Below are positions 50,158 through 60,244 of a stretch of 64,000 nt of DNA, piece after piece (position 1 is the first letter of the stretch; every line of letters begins with the position of its first letter). The notes below the pieces were generated by a model. It was not told the origin of the DNA and did not search any database. It saw nothing but the letters and a program-made list of their open reading frames with translations. Source of the DNA: an uncultured Clostridia bacterium (lineage in GTDB: Bacteria > Bacillota > Clostridia > Lachnospirales > Lachnospiraceae); NCBI GenBank assembly GCA_947058385.1, contig CAMSGQ010000015.1, positions 7,692 to 71,691 of the forward strand, given 5' to 3'. A program made the translations under genes and the position numbers.

Positions 50158-50454
50158 TTATTGAGTTCCATAAATACCCGACGTAACCGCTGCATTTGTA
50201 CTAATATAAGCCAAAGCTGTTGTTAGGCTTGCCTCTGGAAAACTCCAGTGTACTACACTGTATCCCATTTCTCCCCAATCAGGTCCTCCAGATGCAACCA
50301 GCGTTGCATAAAATGCAAGAATGATACCAAAAATGCATACTGTAATTCCCTTTTCTACTTTTGAGTAAACCCCTTTTGAAAAGTAGCAATACATTAGAAC
50401 CGCCAACATAATTAAAGCACCAATCTTCCAGTTTATTCCAAACAACAAGTTCAT
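50158..50454 (-). CDS. small membrane protein (possible frameshift/extension to ~50066)
   Basis: 98 aa with TM helices; adjacent frame continues ...NSISYLFALVMTASALSNYIPKLITSIVGS. Confidence 0.4.
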   Translation of the reverse strand: MNLLFGINWKIGALIMLAVLMYCYFSKGVYSKVEKGITVCIFGIILAFYATLVASGGPDWGEMGYSVVHWSFPEASLTTALAYISTNAAVTSGIYGTQ

Positions 50455-50556
50455 ACCTGCCCCAGTTCCAGAAATATTACCCAGTGTAAAAAATAAGCAA
50501 GCCTGCTTTATTAATTGAAAGGGAAAGCTGTTAAACAGCTTACCTTTCTTATCTAA

Positions 50557-51975
50557 CTACTTATTTTCTGTTTGAGGCAAACTAATCCGAACAAATCTTC
50601 GCAAAAATTCTCGTCCATTAAACGGAAACAACGGATAAAGATAACTTTTTCCAGAAAGCGTTCGGTTTTGACAAACACAAAAAATCGTAAATAATACTCC
50701 AAAAGCATAACCCCAAACCTGAAATACTTGCGTAAGTAATAATGTAATCAATCGCATAAACTTAAGTGCAAAACCTAATTCAAAACTAGGCTGCGAATAA
50801 TTTGCCAATACTACAAACGCCATATAAAGCATAGATTCCGAATTAAACCATCCTGACTGTACCGCATAATCCCCTAATACCAAACCAGCAATTACACTTA
50901 ATGGGGTACTCAGCATATTAGGTGTATTTACTGCCGCAAGCCGTAAACCGTCAATTGCAAATTCTAAAATAATCAACTGCCAAATTAAAGGGACTTGTAT
51001 TTCCTCTGCTGGAAAAATAAATGCCAACCACTCTGGCACCCATTCTGGATTTTTCATAAGAAGCAGCCAAGTAGGCGTTAATATCATCGTTAGTATCGTA
51101 ATTAAAAATCGTGACAGCCGAAGATAAGTTCCTGTAACAGGAGGAAAATAATAATCATCTGCTTCCTCTAAAATATCAAACACAGAACAAGGTAAAATCA
51201 TAGCAGATGGAGAATTATCTACCAAAACGGCAATTCCGCCTTCTAATATAGAGGCAGCAGCCGTATCCGGTCGTTCTGTATATTTATATTTTGGAAATGG
51301 ATTCCACCATCCTCTTCTATAAAGACATTCTGCCAAACTTTCCTGATTCATTGTCAATGAATCAATATCAATCCCATTAATTCGTTGAATCAGCCCCTCT
51401 AAAAACTCTTGATCCACTCGATCCCTCATATAACAAACCGCAATATCTGTTTTTGAAGAACGTCCTACTGTATAGATTTCATTTGTCAATTCTATACTTC
51501 GAATCCGACGACGAATTAAAGCAGTATTAGACACAATCGTTTCCACAAAACCATCTCGTGAGCCACGCATCACTCTGTCTTTTTCTGGTTCTTCTACCCC
51601 TCTAGCAGGATAGGATCGACAATCAATCAAATATGCCTTTGTATATCCTTCTATAAATAAAACCACCACACCAGAAAGTACATTTTTTATAATAATATCC
51701 TCCGCCTCTTCCATTTCAACTTCCATATGAGATAGATATTCTTTTGAAAATTCCTCTGCATTCGATGGCATATTTTCTTTTTTTATACTAACAAAAGAAG
51801 CTGTCAATTTTTGCATCAGATCATCTTTTACAAAACCATTGATAAAAAAATAAACAGATTCTCGTCCACCAATTAAAAATTCTTTATATAAAACATCAAA
51901 GCTGTCCTCTGTACGTAAAAGCTTTTTGAACCGATTAAAAGTGTTTTGAAAATCGGTTTTGTTTGTTTCACTCAT
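50557..51975 (-). CDS. GerA-family spore germination protein (A-subunit-like; SpoVAF/GerAA-like), orphan
   Basis: 472 aa; N-terminal soluble GerA domain, C-terminal 5-6 TM; no B/C germinant receptor subunits adjacent. Confidence 0.65.
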   Translation of the reverse strand: MSETNKTDFQNTFNRFKKLLRTEDSFDVLYKEFLIGGRESVYFFINGFVKDDLMQKLTASFVSIKKENMPSNAEEFSKEYLSHMEVEMEEAEDIIIKNVLSGVVVLFIEGYTKAYLIDCRSYPARGVEEPEKDRVMRGSRDGFVETIVSNTALIRRRIRSIELTNEIYTVGRSSKTDIAVCYMRDRVDQEFLEGLIQRINGIDIDSLTMNQESLAECLYRRGWWNPFPKYKYTERPDTAAASILEGGIAVLVDNSPSAMILPCSVFDILEEADDYYFPPVTGTYLRLSRFLITILTMILTPTWLLLMKNPEWVPEWLAFIFPAEEIQVPLIWQLIILEFAIDGLRLAAVNTPNMLSTPLSVIAGLVLGDYAVQSGWFNSESMLYMAFVVLANYSQPSFELGFALKFMRLITLLLTQVFQVWGYAFGVLFTIFCVCQNRTLSGKSYLYPLFPFNGREFLRRFVRISLPQTENK

Positions 51976-52149
51976 CTCTTCTCACCCTCTCCTTACTATT
52001 TCTTATTGATAAAAGATAGTATCTTCTCATTTTCTTAAAATATTCATACCTTAATTTTAATCTTTACTAGAAAATTTATCGTTCACTCTTGAGAAAAAGA
52101 AAAAAATTCACTATAATACAATCAAAATTTATTCCTATGAGGTGAGAAT

Positions 52150-53238
52150 ATGATTGAACAAGATCAACAAACCATAACCCATTCCATTTCTCCTGCACTC
52201 CTTCCAGCTCCTGCTCAAGAAGTTCTATTCTTTGCAATTGAAACAACAGGACTCTCTTTTGAACATTCGTTCCTCTATCTAATTGGTTGTATCTATTACA
52301 AGGAAAATAACTGGCATCTGCTACAATTCTTTAGTGATCATCCAGAAAAAGAAGCAGATTTACTTCGTTCCTTTTTTTCCTTTGCATCCAATTATCACTA
52401 TCTTATTCACTATAATGGTGATCACTTTGCACTTCCATTCTTAAAAAAAAGAGCCGCAAAACAAAATATTCCTGTTTCTCTTCCATCTGAATCAATTGAT
52501 TTATATAAAGAACTACGCCCTTTCCAATCCTTACTTAATCTAACAACTATGAAACAAAAAAACTTAGAAAACTATTTACACTTTTCTAGAAAAGATACAC
52601 ATACCAGTAAAGAACAAATTAAACAATATAAAATCTACTTAAATACAAAGGAACATAACCTATTGTCTTCCCTTTTATTACATAACAAAGAAACGTTAAA
52701 AGGGCTCCTTTTTATTTTATCTCTTAGGACACTTCCTCTTTTAAAAAAAGGACATTTTCACATTCAAAAAACAATTTGCCAGTCCTTTTCTCTTCTTACT
52801 GGTGAACAAACACTTTTTGTTACACGCCTGCTTCCGTTCTCCCCTCTTCTTGTTCCTATCTATTATCAAAATGAATTTTGCACAATTACAACCCAAATGG
52901 ATCATAGTATTCAAATTAAAATACCTGTCTTTACTGGAACACTAAAATACTTTTATTCTAACTATAAAGATTATTATTATCTTCCAGAAGAAGACTATGC
53001 CATTCACAAAAGTGTCGCCTCTTATGTCGATACCTCTCACCGTATAAAAGCCAAAAAAAGTACCTGTTATACCAAAAAGAACAGTCACTTTTTAATTCAG
53101 CCAACACCCCTTTATACACCAAAATTTAAACAAAATTATAATGATATTTACAGCTATTTTGAACTAACAGAAGAATTTCTAAATTCCCTTGCCAAACAAA
53201 AAGATTATTTTACAATTTTACTTTCACAATTTTTATAA
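52150..53238 (+). CDS. DnaQ/YprB-like RNase-H-fold exonuclease-domain protein, first catalytic Asp replaced by Ala
   Basis: 362 aa; FFAIETTGL (Exo I-like but A for D), YNGDHFALPFL (Exo II-like); only plus-strand gene in region. Confidence 0.5.
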   Translation: MIEQDQQTITHSISPALLPAPAQEVLFFAIETTGLSFEHSFLYLIGCIYYKENNWHLLQFFSDHPEKEADLLRSFFSFASNYHYLIHYNGDHFALPFLKKRAAKQNIPVSLPSESIDLYKELRPFQSLLNLTTMKQKNLENYLHFSRKDTHTSKEQIKQYKIYLNTKEHNLLSSLLLHNKETLKGLLFILSLRTLPLLKKGHFHIQKTICQSFSLLTGEQTLFVTRLLPFSPLLVPIYYQNEFCTITTQMDHSIQIKIPVFTGTLKYFYSNYKDYYYLPEEDYAIHKSVASYVDTSHRIKAKKSTCYTKKNSHFLIQPTPLYTPKFKQNYNDIYSYFELTEEFLNSLAKQKDYFTILLSQFL

Positions 53239-53320
53239 AATATGATTCTTTACTAAAAAAAGGACTATAACAAAATTATCACATTCTGTTATAGTCCTTG
53301 CCTTTTAAAACAATAAGCAA

Positions 53321-54103
53321 TTACTTTATCTTTTTATAGAAAAACGATTTATAAGACTCATAATTTAATTCTCGATATTTAATAATCTGCTCTGTACTTC
53401 CAACAAAAAGATAGCCTCCTATCCGTAAAGTTGCATTAAACTTACGATAAATTTCCTCTTTTGCTTCCTCTGTAAAATAGATTAATACATTTCGGCAGAG
53501 AATCAAATCAAAGTTTGTTGGATAAGTATCTTTTAATAAATTATGTTGTTTAAATTGTACGCATTTTTTAATATCATTACTAATTTGAAATGCCGAATTT
53601 CCAACTGAAGTAAAATATTTACTTACAAAGTCTTTTGGTAAGCCTGCTAAGCTTTTTTGCGTATAAAGCCCTGTTTGTGCTTTTTCAAGAACCTGTTTAT
53701 CAATATCCGTTGCCATAATTGAAATATTAGAAAGTGGCATATACTTTCCAAGTACCATTGCTAATGTATAAGGCTCATCTCCAGTAGAACAAGCAGCACT
53801 CCAAATCTTTAATCGCCCTGTTGCATTTTTCATCAAAATTGGTAAAATTTCATTTTCCAATACTTTCCACTGTTCTGGATTCCGGTAAAACTCTGAAACA
53901 TTAATTGTCAGGTAATTAATAAATTCTTCTAATAAATCTTCCTGTTTTTTAATTGCTGCAACATAATCCTCATATCCAGAAAACTTATTTTTTGCAATCA
54001 GTGAATCAATTCTTCGTTTCATCTGACGCTCTTTATACGCATTTAAATCAATTTTGGTTAAAGAAAATACTTGTGTTTTAAACTGCTCATAATTCATTGC
54101 CAT
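53321..54103 (-). CDS. cheR: CheR-type protein-glutamate O-methyltransferase
   Basis: N-terminal CheR all-alpha domain plus SAM-MTase fold (LKIWSAACSTGDEPYTLAM). Confidence 0.75.
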   Translation of the reverse strand: MAMNYEQFKTQVFSLTKIDLNAYKERQMKRRIDSLIAKNKFSGYEDYVAAIKKQEDLLEEFINYLTINVSEFYRNPEQWKVLENEILPILMKNATGRLKIWSAACSTGDEPYTLAMVLGKYMPLSNISIMATDIDKQVLEKAQTGLYTQKSLAGLPKDFVSKYFTSVGNSAFQISNDIKKCVQFKQHNLLKDTYPTNFDLILCRNVLIYFTEEAKEEIYRKFNATLRIGGYLFVGSTEQIIKYRELNYESYKSFFYKKIK

Positions 54104-54218
54104 TCCAATAGGCTCCTCCCTTTTCGATACAGTATAAAGTTGCAATTAATAAAAACCCGCAGTTATCCTTGCCGGAACTTTCTAGAATCCGACTATCAAC
54201 TGCGGGAGAGTGATTGTT

Positions 54219-55301
54219 TTATTCTTCTGCCGGAACAGCTTCCTCTGCCGGAGTTTCCAAAACTTTCATACTTAAACTAATCTTCTTTTCTGCTTCATTA
54301 AAATCTACAATTTTAGCTTTAATTGCCTGTCCAACTTTTAAGACATCGGATGGTTTTTCTACATGTTCTTTTGAAATTTGGGAAACATGAAGTAACGCAT
54401 CTACACCAGATTCTAACTCTACAAAAGCTCCAAAATCTGTCATTCTAGCAACTTTACCTTCTACCACATTTCCAACTGCATACTTCTTAGCAGCATCTGT
54501 CCATGGATTTGCTTCTGGAAATTTCAAACTTAATGCTACTTTATCTCCACTGATATCCTTGATAAATGCTTTTACTGTATCACCAACTTTAAATACCTTC
54601 TTTGGACTTTCCACACGTCCCCAAGACATCTCTGAAATATGAAGCAAACCATCTGCTCCACCTAAATCAATAAAGGCTCCAAAATCTGTTACATTTTTAA
54701 CTGTTCCTTCAATTGTCATACCAACTGAAATTCTTTCAAATAATTCTCTTTGCAGTTCTGCTTTCTTTGCAAGTAAGAGTTGTTTTCTATCGCCAATAAT
54801 CCTTCTTCTTTTTGGATTAAATTCACTAATTACAAATTCAATCTCTTGTCCTGCATATTTTTCTAAATTCTTTTCATACGTATCCGATACTAAACTTGCT
54901 GGAATAAAAACACGTGTTTCATCTACTACAACACTTAAACCACCATCTAATACCTGCGCAACAGTTGCTGTTAATACTTCTTTATTGTTATAAGCATCTT
55001 CTAATTTCTTATTTCCTTTTTCGGCTGCTAACTTCTTATAAGAAAGCAATACCTGCCCCTCACCATCATTAACTTTCATAACCTTTACTTGCATCGTATC
55101 GCCAACGGAAACCATTGTCGTAAGGTCTGCATTTGGAACATTTGTATATTCACTTCTTGTAATAATGCCATCAGCCTTATAGCCTATATTTAAGACAATT
55201 TCATCTTCCTTAACACTGATTACAGTACCTTCGACTACCTCCCCATTTCTGATTGTTTTAAATGATTCTTCCAACATTTGTTCAAAACTTAATTCTGACA
55301 T
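54219..55301 (-). CDS. rpsA: 30S ribosomal protein S1 (four S1 domains)
   Basis: Repeated S1 motifs; downstream of ispH as usual in Clostridia. Confidence 0.85.
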   Translation of the reverse strand: MSELSFEQMLEESFKTIRNGEVVEGTVISVKEDEIVLNIGYKADGIITRSEYTNVPNADLTTMVSVGDTMQVKVMKVNDGEGQVLLSYKKLAAEKGNKKLEDAYNNKEVLTATVAQVLDGGLSVVVDETRVFIPASLVSDTYEKNLEKYAGQEIEFVISEFNPKRRRIIGDRKQLLLAKKAELQRELFERISVGMTIEGTVKNVTDFGAFIDLGGADGLLHISEMSWGRVESPKKVFKVGDTVKAFIKDISGDKVALSLKFPEANPWTDAAKKYAVGNVVEGKVARMTDFGAFVELESGVDALLHVSQISKEHVEKPSDVLKVGQAIKAKIVDFNEAEKKISLSMKVLETPAEEAVPAEE

Positions 55302-56139
55302 TAGTATGAACCTCCTCGATAATATTATTTGGGGTGGAAGCCCCTGCTGTAATACCTACGCAACCCATGGACTTCAATTTATCAAAATCCAAATCAACAA
55401 GTGTCTGTATATAGTAAGTATTTTTACATTCCTTTTTACATATTTCATACAGCTTTTGCGTATTCGAACTGCTTTTACCGCCAATCACAATCATAGCGTC
55501 TACTTCAGAAGCAATCTGCTTTGCTTCTGTCTGCCGTTCTTCTGTCGCATTGCAAATTGTATTACGGACAACTATATCATAACCCTTTTTTGAAATAATT
55601 TCAACTAAATCTTTAAATTTCGTATAATGAAAAGTAGTTTGTGAAACAATACAGACTTTTTTCTCCTTCTCCACTACAAATTCCATTGCTTGTTGTTTAT
55701 TTTCAATAATTACAGGTGTTGTTTTACACCATCCTTTAATCCCCTCTACTTCTGGATGTTTATCATTTCCAATTACTACAATTTGATAGCCTTCTTCACT
55801 ATACTTTGCTACAATCTGATGAATCTTCTTTACAAATGGACAAGTAGCATCTACAACTGTAATCCCCTTCTCTTGCAATTTATCATAAATTCGCTTTTCT
55901 ACTCCATGAGAACGAAGTACAACAATTCCTTCTGTCAGCTTTTCTAAATCCTCTTCTCCATGCAACACTTTCACACCCTTTTTTTCTAAATCACATACCA
56001 CTTCTTCATTATGAATTAATGGGCCATATGTATAAATGGCTGAATGTACAAAAGGATCCTCCAATTTTTGATATACGGCTTCTACCGCTTTTTTTACTCC
56101 AAAACAAAATCCCGCTGATTTTGCCACTTTTACTTCCAT
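55282..56139 (-). CDS. ispH: 4-hydroxy-3-methylbut-2-enyl diphosphate reductase
   Basis: MEVKVAKSAGFCFGVKKAV; three conserved Cys. Confidence 0.9.
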   Translation of the reverse strand: MEVKVAKSAGFCFGVKKAVEAVYQKLEDPFVHSAIYTYGPLIHNEEVVCDLEKKGVKVLHGEEDLEKLTEGIVVLRSHGVEKRIYDKLQEKGITVVDATCPFVKKIHQIVAKYSEEGYQIVVIGNDKHPEVEGIKGWCKTTPVIIENKQQAMEFVVEKEKKVCIVSQTTFHYTKFKDLVEIISKKGYDIVVRNTICNATEERQTEAKQIASEVDAMIVIGGKSSSNTQKLYEICKKECKNTYYIQTLVDLDFDKLKSMGCVGITAGASTPNNIIEEVHTNVRIKF

Positions 56140-56202
56140 AAAATCGATTCCTCACATTTTCCATAAACTTCCAAATGACTTGTCTTTCAAATTTTTATCG
56201 GC

Positions 56203-56868
56203 TTATTTTGTATTTTCCTTAATAGCCAGAATGGAATTTATCACTTCCTCAATGGTTTGATTGGAACTATCAATCAAAACAGCATCCTCTGCCTGACGAA
56301 GAGGTGCAAATTCACGATTTTTATCTCGCTCGTCTCGTTCTTCCATATCTCTTTTTATTTCATCATAATCACTTTTTATCCCCTTCTCTTTTAATTCCAG
56401 ATAACGGCGATCGGCACGGGCTTTGACACTTGCTGTTAGATAAATTTTAATATCTGCATCTGGAAGTACATATGTTCCAATATCCCGTCCATCCATAATA
56501 ACATCATTTATCTTAGCAAGTTCTCTCTGTAACTCTACTAATTTTAACCGAACTTCTGGATAAATACTAATAGCAGAGGCCATTCTTCCAACTGCTTCTT
56601 CCCTTAAAAAGGAGGTAACATTCTCTCCATTTAAAATCACTTGTTGCATACCATCTTTATATTCAATTGCAACTTTTACTTTCTGACAAGCTCCCACAAT
56701 CGCAACCTGATCGGTTGCTGCAAATCCAAGTCGAAGAAAATATAATGCCATTGCACGATACATTGCACCAGTATCTACATAAATATATTCTAATCTTTTT
56801 GCTAATTCTTTCGCTATTGTACTTTTGCCAGCTCCTGCTGGTCCATCGATTGCAATATTATATTTCAT
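56203..56868 (-). CDS. cmk: cytidylate kinase
   Basis: NIAIDGPAGAGKST P-loop; start moved to MKYNIAIDG. Confidence 0.85.
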   Translation of the reverse strand: MKYNIAIDGPAGAGKSTIAKELAKRLEYIYVDTGAMYRAMALYFLRLGFAATDQVAIVGACQKVKVAIEYKDGMQQVILNGENVTSFLREEAVGRMASAISIYPEVRLKLVELQRELAKINDVIMDGRDIGTYVLPDADIKIYLTASVKARADRRYLELKEKGIKSDYDEIKRDMEERDERDKNREFAPLRQAEDAVLIDSSNQTIEEVINSILAIKENTK

Positions 56869-56920
56869 AACATTCTCCATTTTTCTTATTTTATTCATTT
56901 TTATAAAAACCACTCTTTTT

Positions 56921-58150
56921 TTATTGGATTGCATTTGCTGCTGCATAAGCAGTAGACCAAGCAATCTGTAAGTTAAATCCTCCTGTCAATGCATCTAAAT
57001 CCAATACCTCTCCAATAAAGTAAATCCCTTTTACTAGTTTCGATTCCATACTAGCAGGTGTTATTTCTGAAACTGCCACTCCTCCACGAGTAATAATTGC
57101 TTCTGAAAAGCCCCGATAACCAATTAAGGTAAATTGAAAATCTTTTAGTGTTTCTACTATCTTTATTCTTTCCGTTTTTGTGATTTCATTTACTTTTTTC
57201 TCAAAAGAAATCTCCATATAATCAAGTACAATAGGAACCATCTTCCGAGGAAGCAAAGTATCCATAACATTCTTTATCTGTTTCTTTTGATTTACTTCAA
57301 ACTCCCGAAGAATTCTTGCTTCTAATTGTTTTTTGTCAAGTGCTGGCTTTAAATCAATAGAAAGTTTCAATTCTCCCTTTTCCATTTCCTCACTTACTAA
57401 ACTGCTTGCGCTTAATATCACTGGCCCACTTACACCAAAATGAGTAAATAGCATTTCTCCAAATTCCGAATAAATCGACTTTTTTCCGCTATAAATCGTA
57501 ACCCGAATATTTTTAAGTGAAATTCCTTGCAGCTTTTCTACCCAAGCTTCTTTTACAATAAATGGCACCAATCCTGGTTTTAATTTTGTAACAGTATGTC
57601 CCATCTTTTTTGCAAACTGATAACCGTCTCCCGTTGATCCGGTGGAAGGATAGGAAATTCCTCCAGTTGCAATGAATACTGCATCTGCCTTTACTACTTG
57701 TCGATTTGACAGACGAATCCCACTGCAATGCCCTTTTTCTACTAATACTTCTTCCACTTGTGTATGCAAATGTATCTTTACTCCCAAATGCTGCATCTTT
57801 CTTTGCAAAGTAAAAATAACATCCGAAGCTTTATCCGATTCTGGAAATACCCTTCCGCCACGTTCTGTCTTTATTCTAAGTCCAAGCTCTGTCAAAAAAT
57901 TCATCATATCATAATTATGAAATCCATAAAAAGCACTGTAAAGAAATTTTGGATTTCCAACCACATTGGCAAATAATGTATCCATATCACAGGCATTTGT
58001 AATATTACAACGTCCTTTTCCAGTAATATAAAGCTTTTTTCCTAATTTTTCATTTTTTTCAAAAACCTGAACCTCATGACCATTTTTAGCTGCAACGATA
58101 GCAGCTAACATCCCCGCTGCGCCGCCTCCTACAATTAATACTTTGCTCAT
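56921..58150 (-). CDS. HI0933/BaiN-family NAD(FAD)-utilising flavoprotein
   Basis: VLIVGGGAAGMLAAI...GKGRCNITN. Confidence 0.8.
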   Translation of the reverse strand: MSKVLIVGGGAAGMLAAIVAAKNGHEVQVFEKNEKLGKKLYITGKGRCNITNACDMDTLFANVVGNPKFLYSAFYGFHNYDMMNFLTELGLRIKTERGGRVFPESDKASDVIFTLQRKMQHLGVKIHLHTQVEEVLVEKGHCSGIRLSNRQVVKADAVFIATGGISYPSTGSTGDGYQFAKKMGHTVTKLKPGLVPFIVKEAWVEKLQGISLKNIRVTIYSGKKSIYSEFGEMLFTHFGVSGPVILSASSLVSEEMEKGELKLSIDLKPALDKKQLEARILREFEVNQKKQIKNVMDTLLPRKMVPIVLDYMEISFEKKVNEITKTERIKIVETLKDFQFTLIGYRGFSEAIITRGGVAVSEITPASMESKLVKGIYFIGEVLDLDALTGGFNLQIAWSTAYAAANAIQ

Positions 58151-58165
58151 TCTCCTTCTCCTTAT

Positions 58166-59074
58166 TTATTCATCAAGCTCCTGTTTTGCTGCCTGTATCT
58201 CGTCATTATTATAAATTTGATATTCATCCCATATTTGCTCTAATCTTTCTAAATTTTGAACCACTTCGCCCCGCCTTTTTATACAAAGTGCAACCACTAA
58301 TGCATTAATTACACTTAATGGAGCAACCAAAGAATCCACAATCGAAGCCATATCACTTTTTGCCAATAAACTATAAGTCGCATATAGATTCATTGGAGAA
58401 TTTGAGCTATCTGTTAAAGCAACCACTTTTGCCCCCTGGTGATTTGCAAATTCCAATGCTTTTAATGTTCGCATAGAATAACGTGGAAAACTAATTCCAA
58501 TCATCACATCTCTTTCTCCTATCCGAAGCATCTGCTCAAATAACTCGCTTGAATTACTGCTTTGTAAAATCCGAACATCTTCCAATATTAAATTTAAATA
58601 AAATCCAAGAAAATTAGCAAGTGGTGCACAACTTCGAATTCCAATAATATAAACGGTCTTTGCATTAAGAATTGTATCCACAGTTTGTCCAAATACATTT
58701 TTATCAATTGTATCCAACGTTATCTTTATTTTCTCTATATCTGCACTTAACACAGAATCTAATACATCTGTTTCTGAAAGAATTCCAGATGTCATTTCCA
58801 TTCGCTGAATGGAATTTAATTTTTGCTTTATATACTCCTTTAGTGCTCTTTGAAATTCTGGATATCCTTTATATCCAAGACTAATTGCAAACCGTACAAC
58901 TGTTGATTCACTTACTCCAACTACTTCTCCTAATTTTGCCGCAGTTAAAAAAGCAGCTTTATTGGAATGTTTTTCAATATAACGTAAAATCATCCTCTGT
59001 CCTTTACTTAGTCTTTTCTTCTTATCTTGCACCTTTTCTTGTATTCTTTTTTGTATATCATATTGTGGTTCCAT
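58166..59074 (-). CDS. MurR/RpiR-family transcriptional regulator (HTH + SIS)
   Basis: N-terminal HTH_6, C-terminal SIS domain. Confidence 0.75.
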   Translation of the reverse strand: MEPQYDIQKRIQEKVQDKKKRLSKGQRMILRYIEKHSNKAAFLTAAKLGEVVGVSESTVVRFAISLGYKGYPEFQRALKEYIKQKLNSIQRMEMTSGILSETDVLDSVLSADIEKIKITLDTIDKNVFGQTVDTILNAKTVYIIGIRSCAPLANFLGFYLNLILEDVRILQSSNSSELFEQMLRIGERDVMIGISFPRYSMRTLKALEFANHQGAKVVALTDSSNSPMNLYATYSLLAKSDMASIVDSLVAPLSVINALVVALCIKRRGEVVQNLERLEQIWDEYQIYNNDEIQAAKQELDE

Positions 59075-59121
59075 TTTTTCTACTCCCTACAAAATCGTTT
59101 ACTTTTTTCATCCTATGTTAG

Positions 59122-60105
59122 TTAATCAAAAATTTTCATCAATTCATAAACCCTAACTTTTGTCATCTCTGCTGCTTTTTGATTCATAACCATTGGTTGT
59201 ATTGATCCTCCTTCATGTTCTGCTCCTGCTTTTGCAATCTCTTGCTCCTTTAAAGCAATCCATTTTAATTGTTCAGCAGTTAGAATTTTCATCGTTTCTG
59301 TATCCTGTGTCTGTTTTAAAACTTCCCATACTCGATTTAGCAAAGAGTCCCACAAATCGTACAGCTCTTTTGTTTTTTCATTATATTCTAATTGAGTAAG
59401 AATATCATTTGTTATTGATTCCTCTAAAGATGCTGCACTTGTTTCATTATAAGTAATTATTTTTTTTAGCTCATCAATTACATGATAACTTGAAAATCCA
59501 AATTGGCTAACTTCATTATTTAAGACATAAAATGGAAGTTTTCTATCCTTTTCTTTTCCTTCGTCCATCCAACTTCCTTGCACCCACATTTGAACTTCTT
59601 TTGAAAGTTCTGTATATGGTGTTCCAGGCAAATAAATTAAAATATTTTGTGTGTTCTCTAATCCATAGGCATCTGTATAGCGATACAACATCTCATCCTT
59701 AATCTCTTCTGTACCTGCTTCTTTTTCATATTCTATCTGAGCAATCTGTACAGAATACGTAAATTCATTTACTTTTACTGGTTGTGTAAACTGACCATGA
59801 AACTTACACTGATAAGCTACACCTTTATAATTTTCTCCTACTTCTGCATCATGATCCAAATATTCTCCAGAAAAATTTCCATTTTCATGAATCATTAAAA
59901 CAGTTCTCCAAGCACCTGCACCACTAGAAAAATAAAATTCAAAATTCTTAAGATCTGCAAAAGAAAACTCATTTTTTTCCAAAACTAATTCTTGTATAAC
60001 CTTAGTTTCTGTATTCCCTACTGTATTTTGAGTTGTTTCTTGTTTTTGATTTCTGCAACTGCATATGATAAACACCATACTTCCAATTAATATAAACCTT
60101 ATCAC
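59122..60105 (-). CDS. lipoprotein with C-terminal DUF1311 (LprI-like) domain
   Basis: Lipobox FIICSC; C-terminal LNRVWEVL...QLKWIALKE...GGSIQP pattern. Confidence 0.55.
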   Translation of the reverse strand: MIRFILIGSMVFIICSCRNQKQETTQNTVGNTETKVIQELVLEKNEFSFADLKNFEFYFSSGAGAWRTVLMIHENGNFSGEYLDHDAEVGENYKGVAYQCKFHGQFTQPVKVNEFTYSVQIAQIEYEKEAGTEEIKDEMLYRYTDAYGLENTQNILIYLPGTPYTELSKEVQMWVQGSWMDEGKEKDRKLPFYVLNNEVSQFGFSSYHVIDELKKIITYNETSAASLEESITNDILTQLEYNEKTKELYDLWDSLLNRVWEVLKQTQDTETMKILTAEQLKWIALKEQEIAKAGAEHEGGSIQPMVMNQKAAEMTKVRVYELMKIFD

Positions 60106-60184
60106 TTTTATCTTTTTCCTCTCCTTTTTCTAAACTCCAGAAGTATCATACCATAACTATTTCTTAAATTCCATTCTTTTTTAA

Positions 60185-60219
60185 TAATTAAAAAAGAGGA
60201 GTTTTTTCAGACTCCTCTT
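60185..60219 (-). terminator. rho-independent terminator after hydA
   Basis: aagaggagt-8 nt-actcctctt followed by T-tract on minus strand. Confidence 0.55.
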
Positions 60220-60244
60220 AAACTTTTTCTTCTATTTCCATCTT

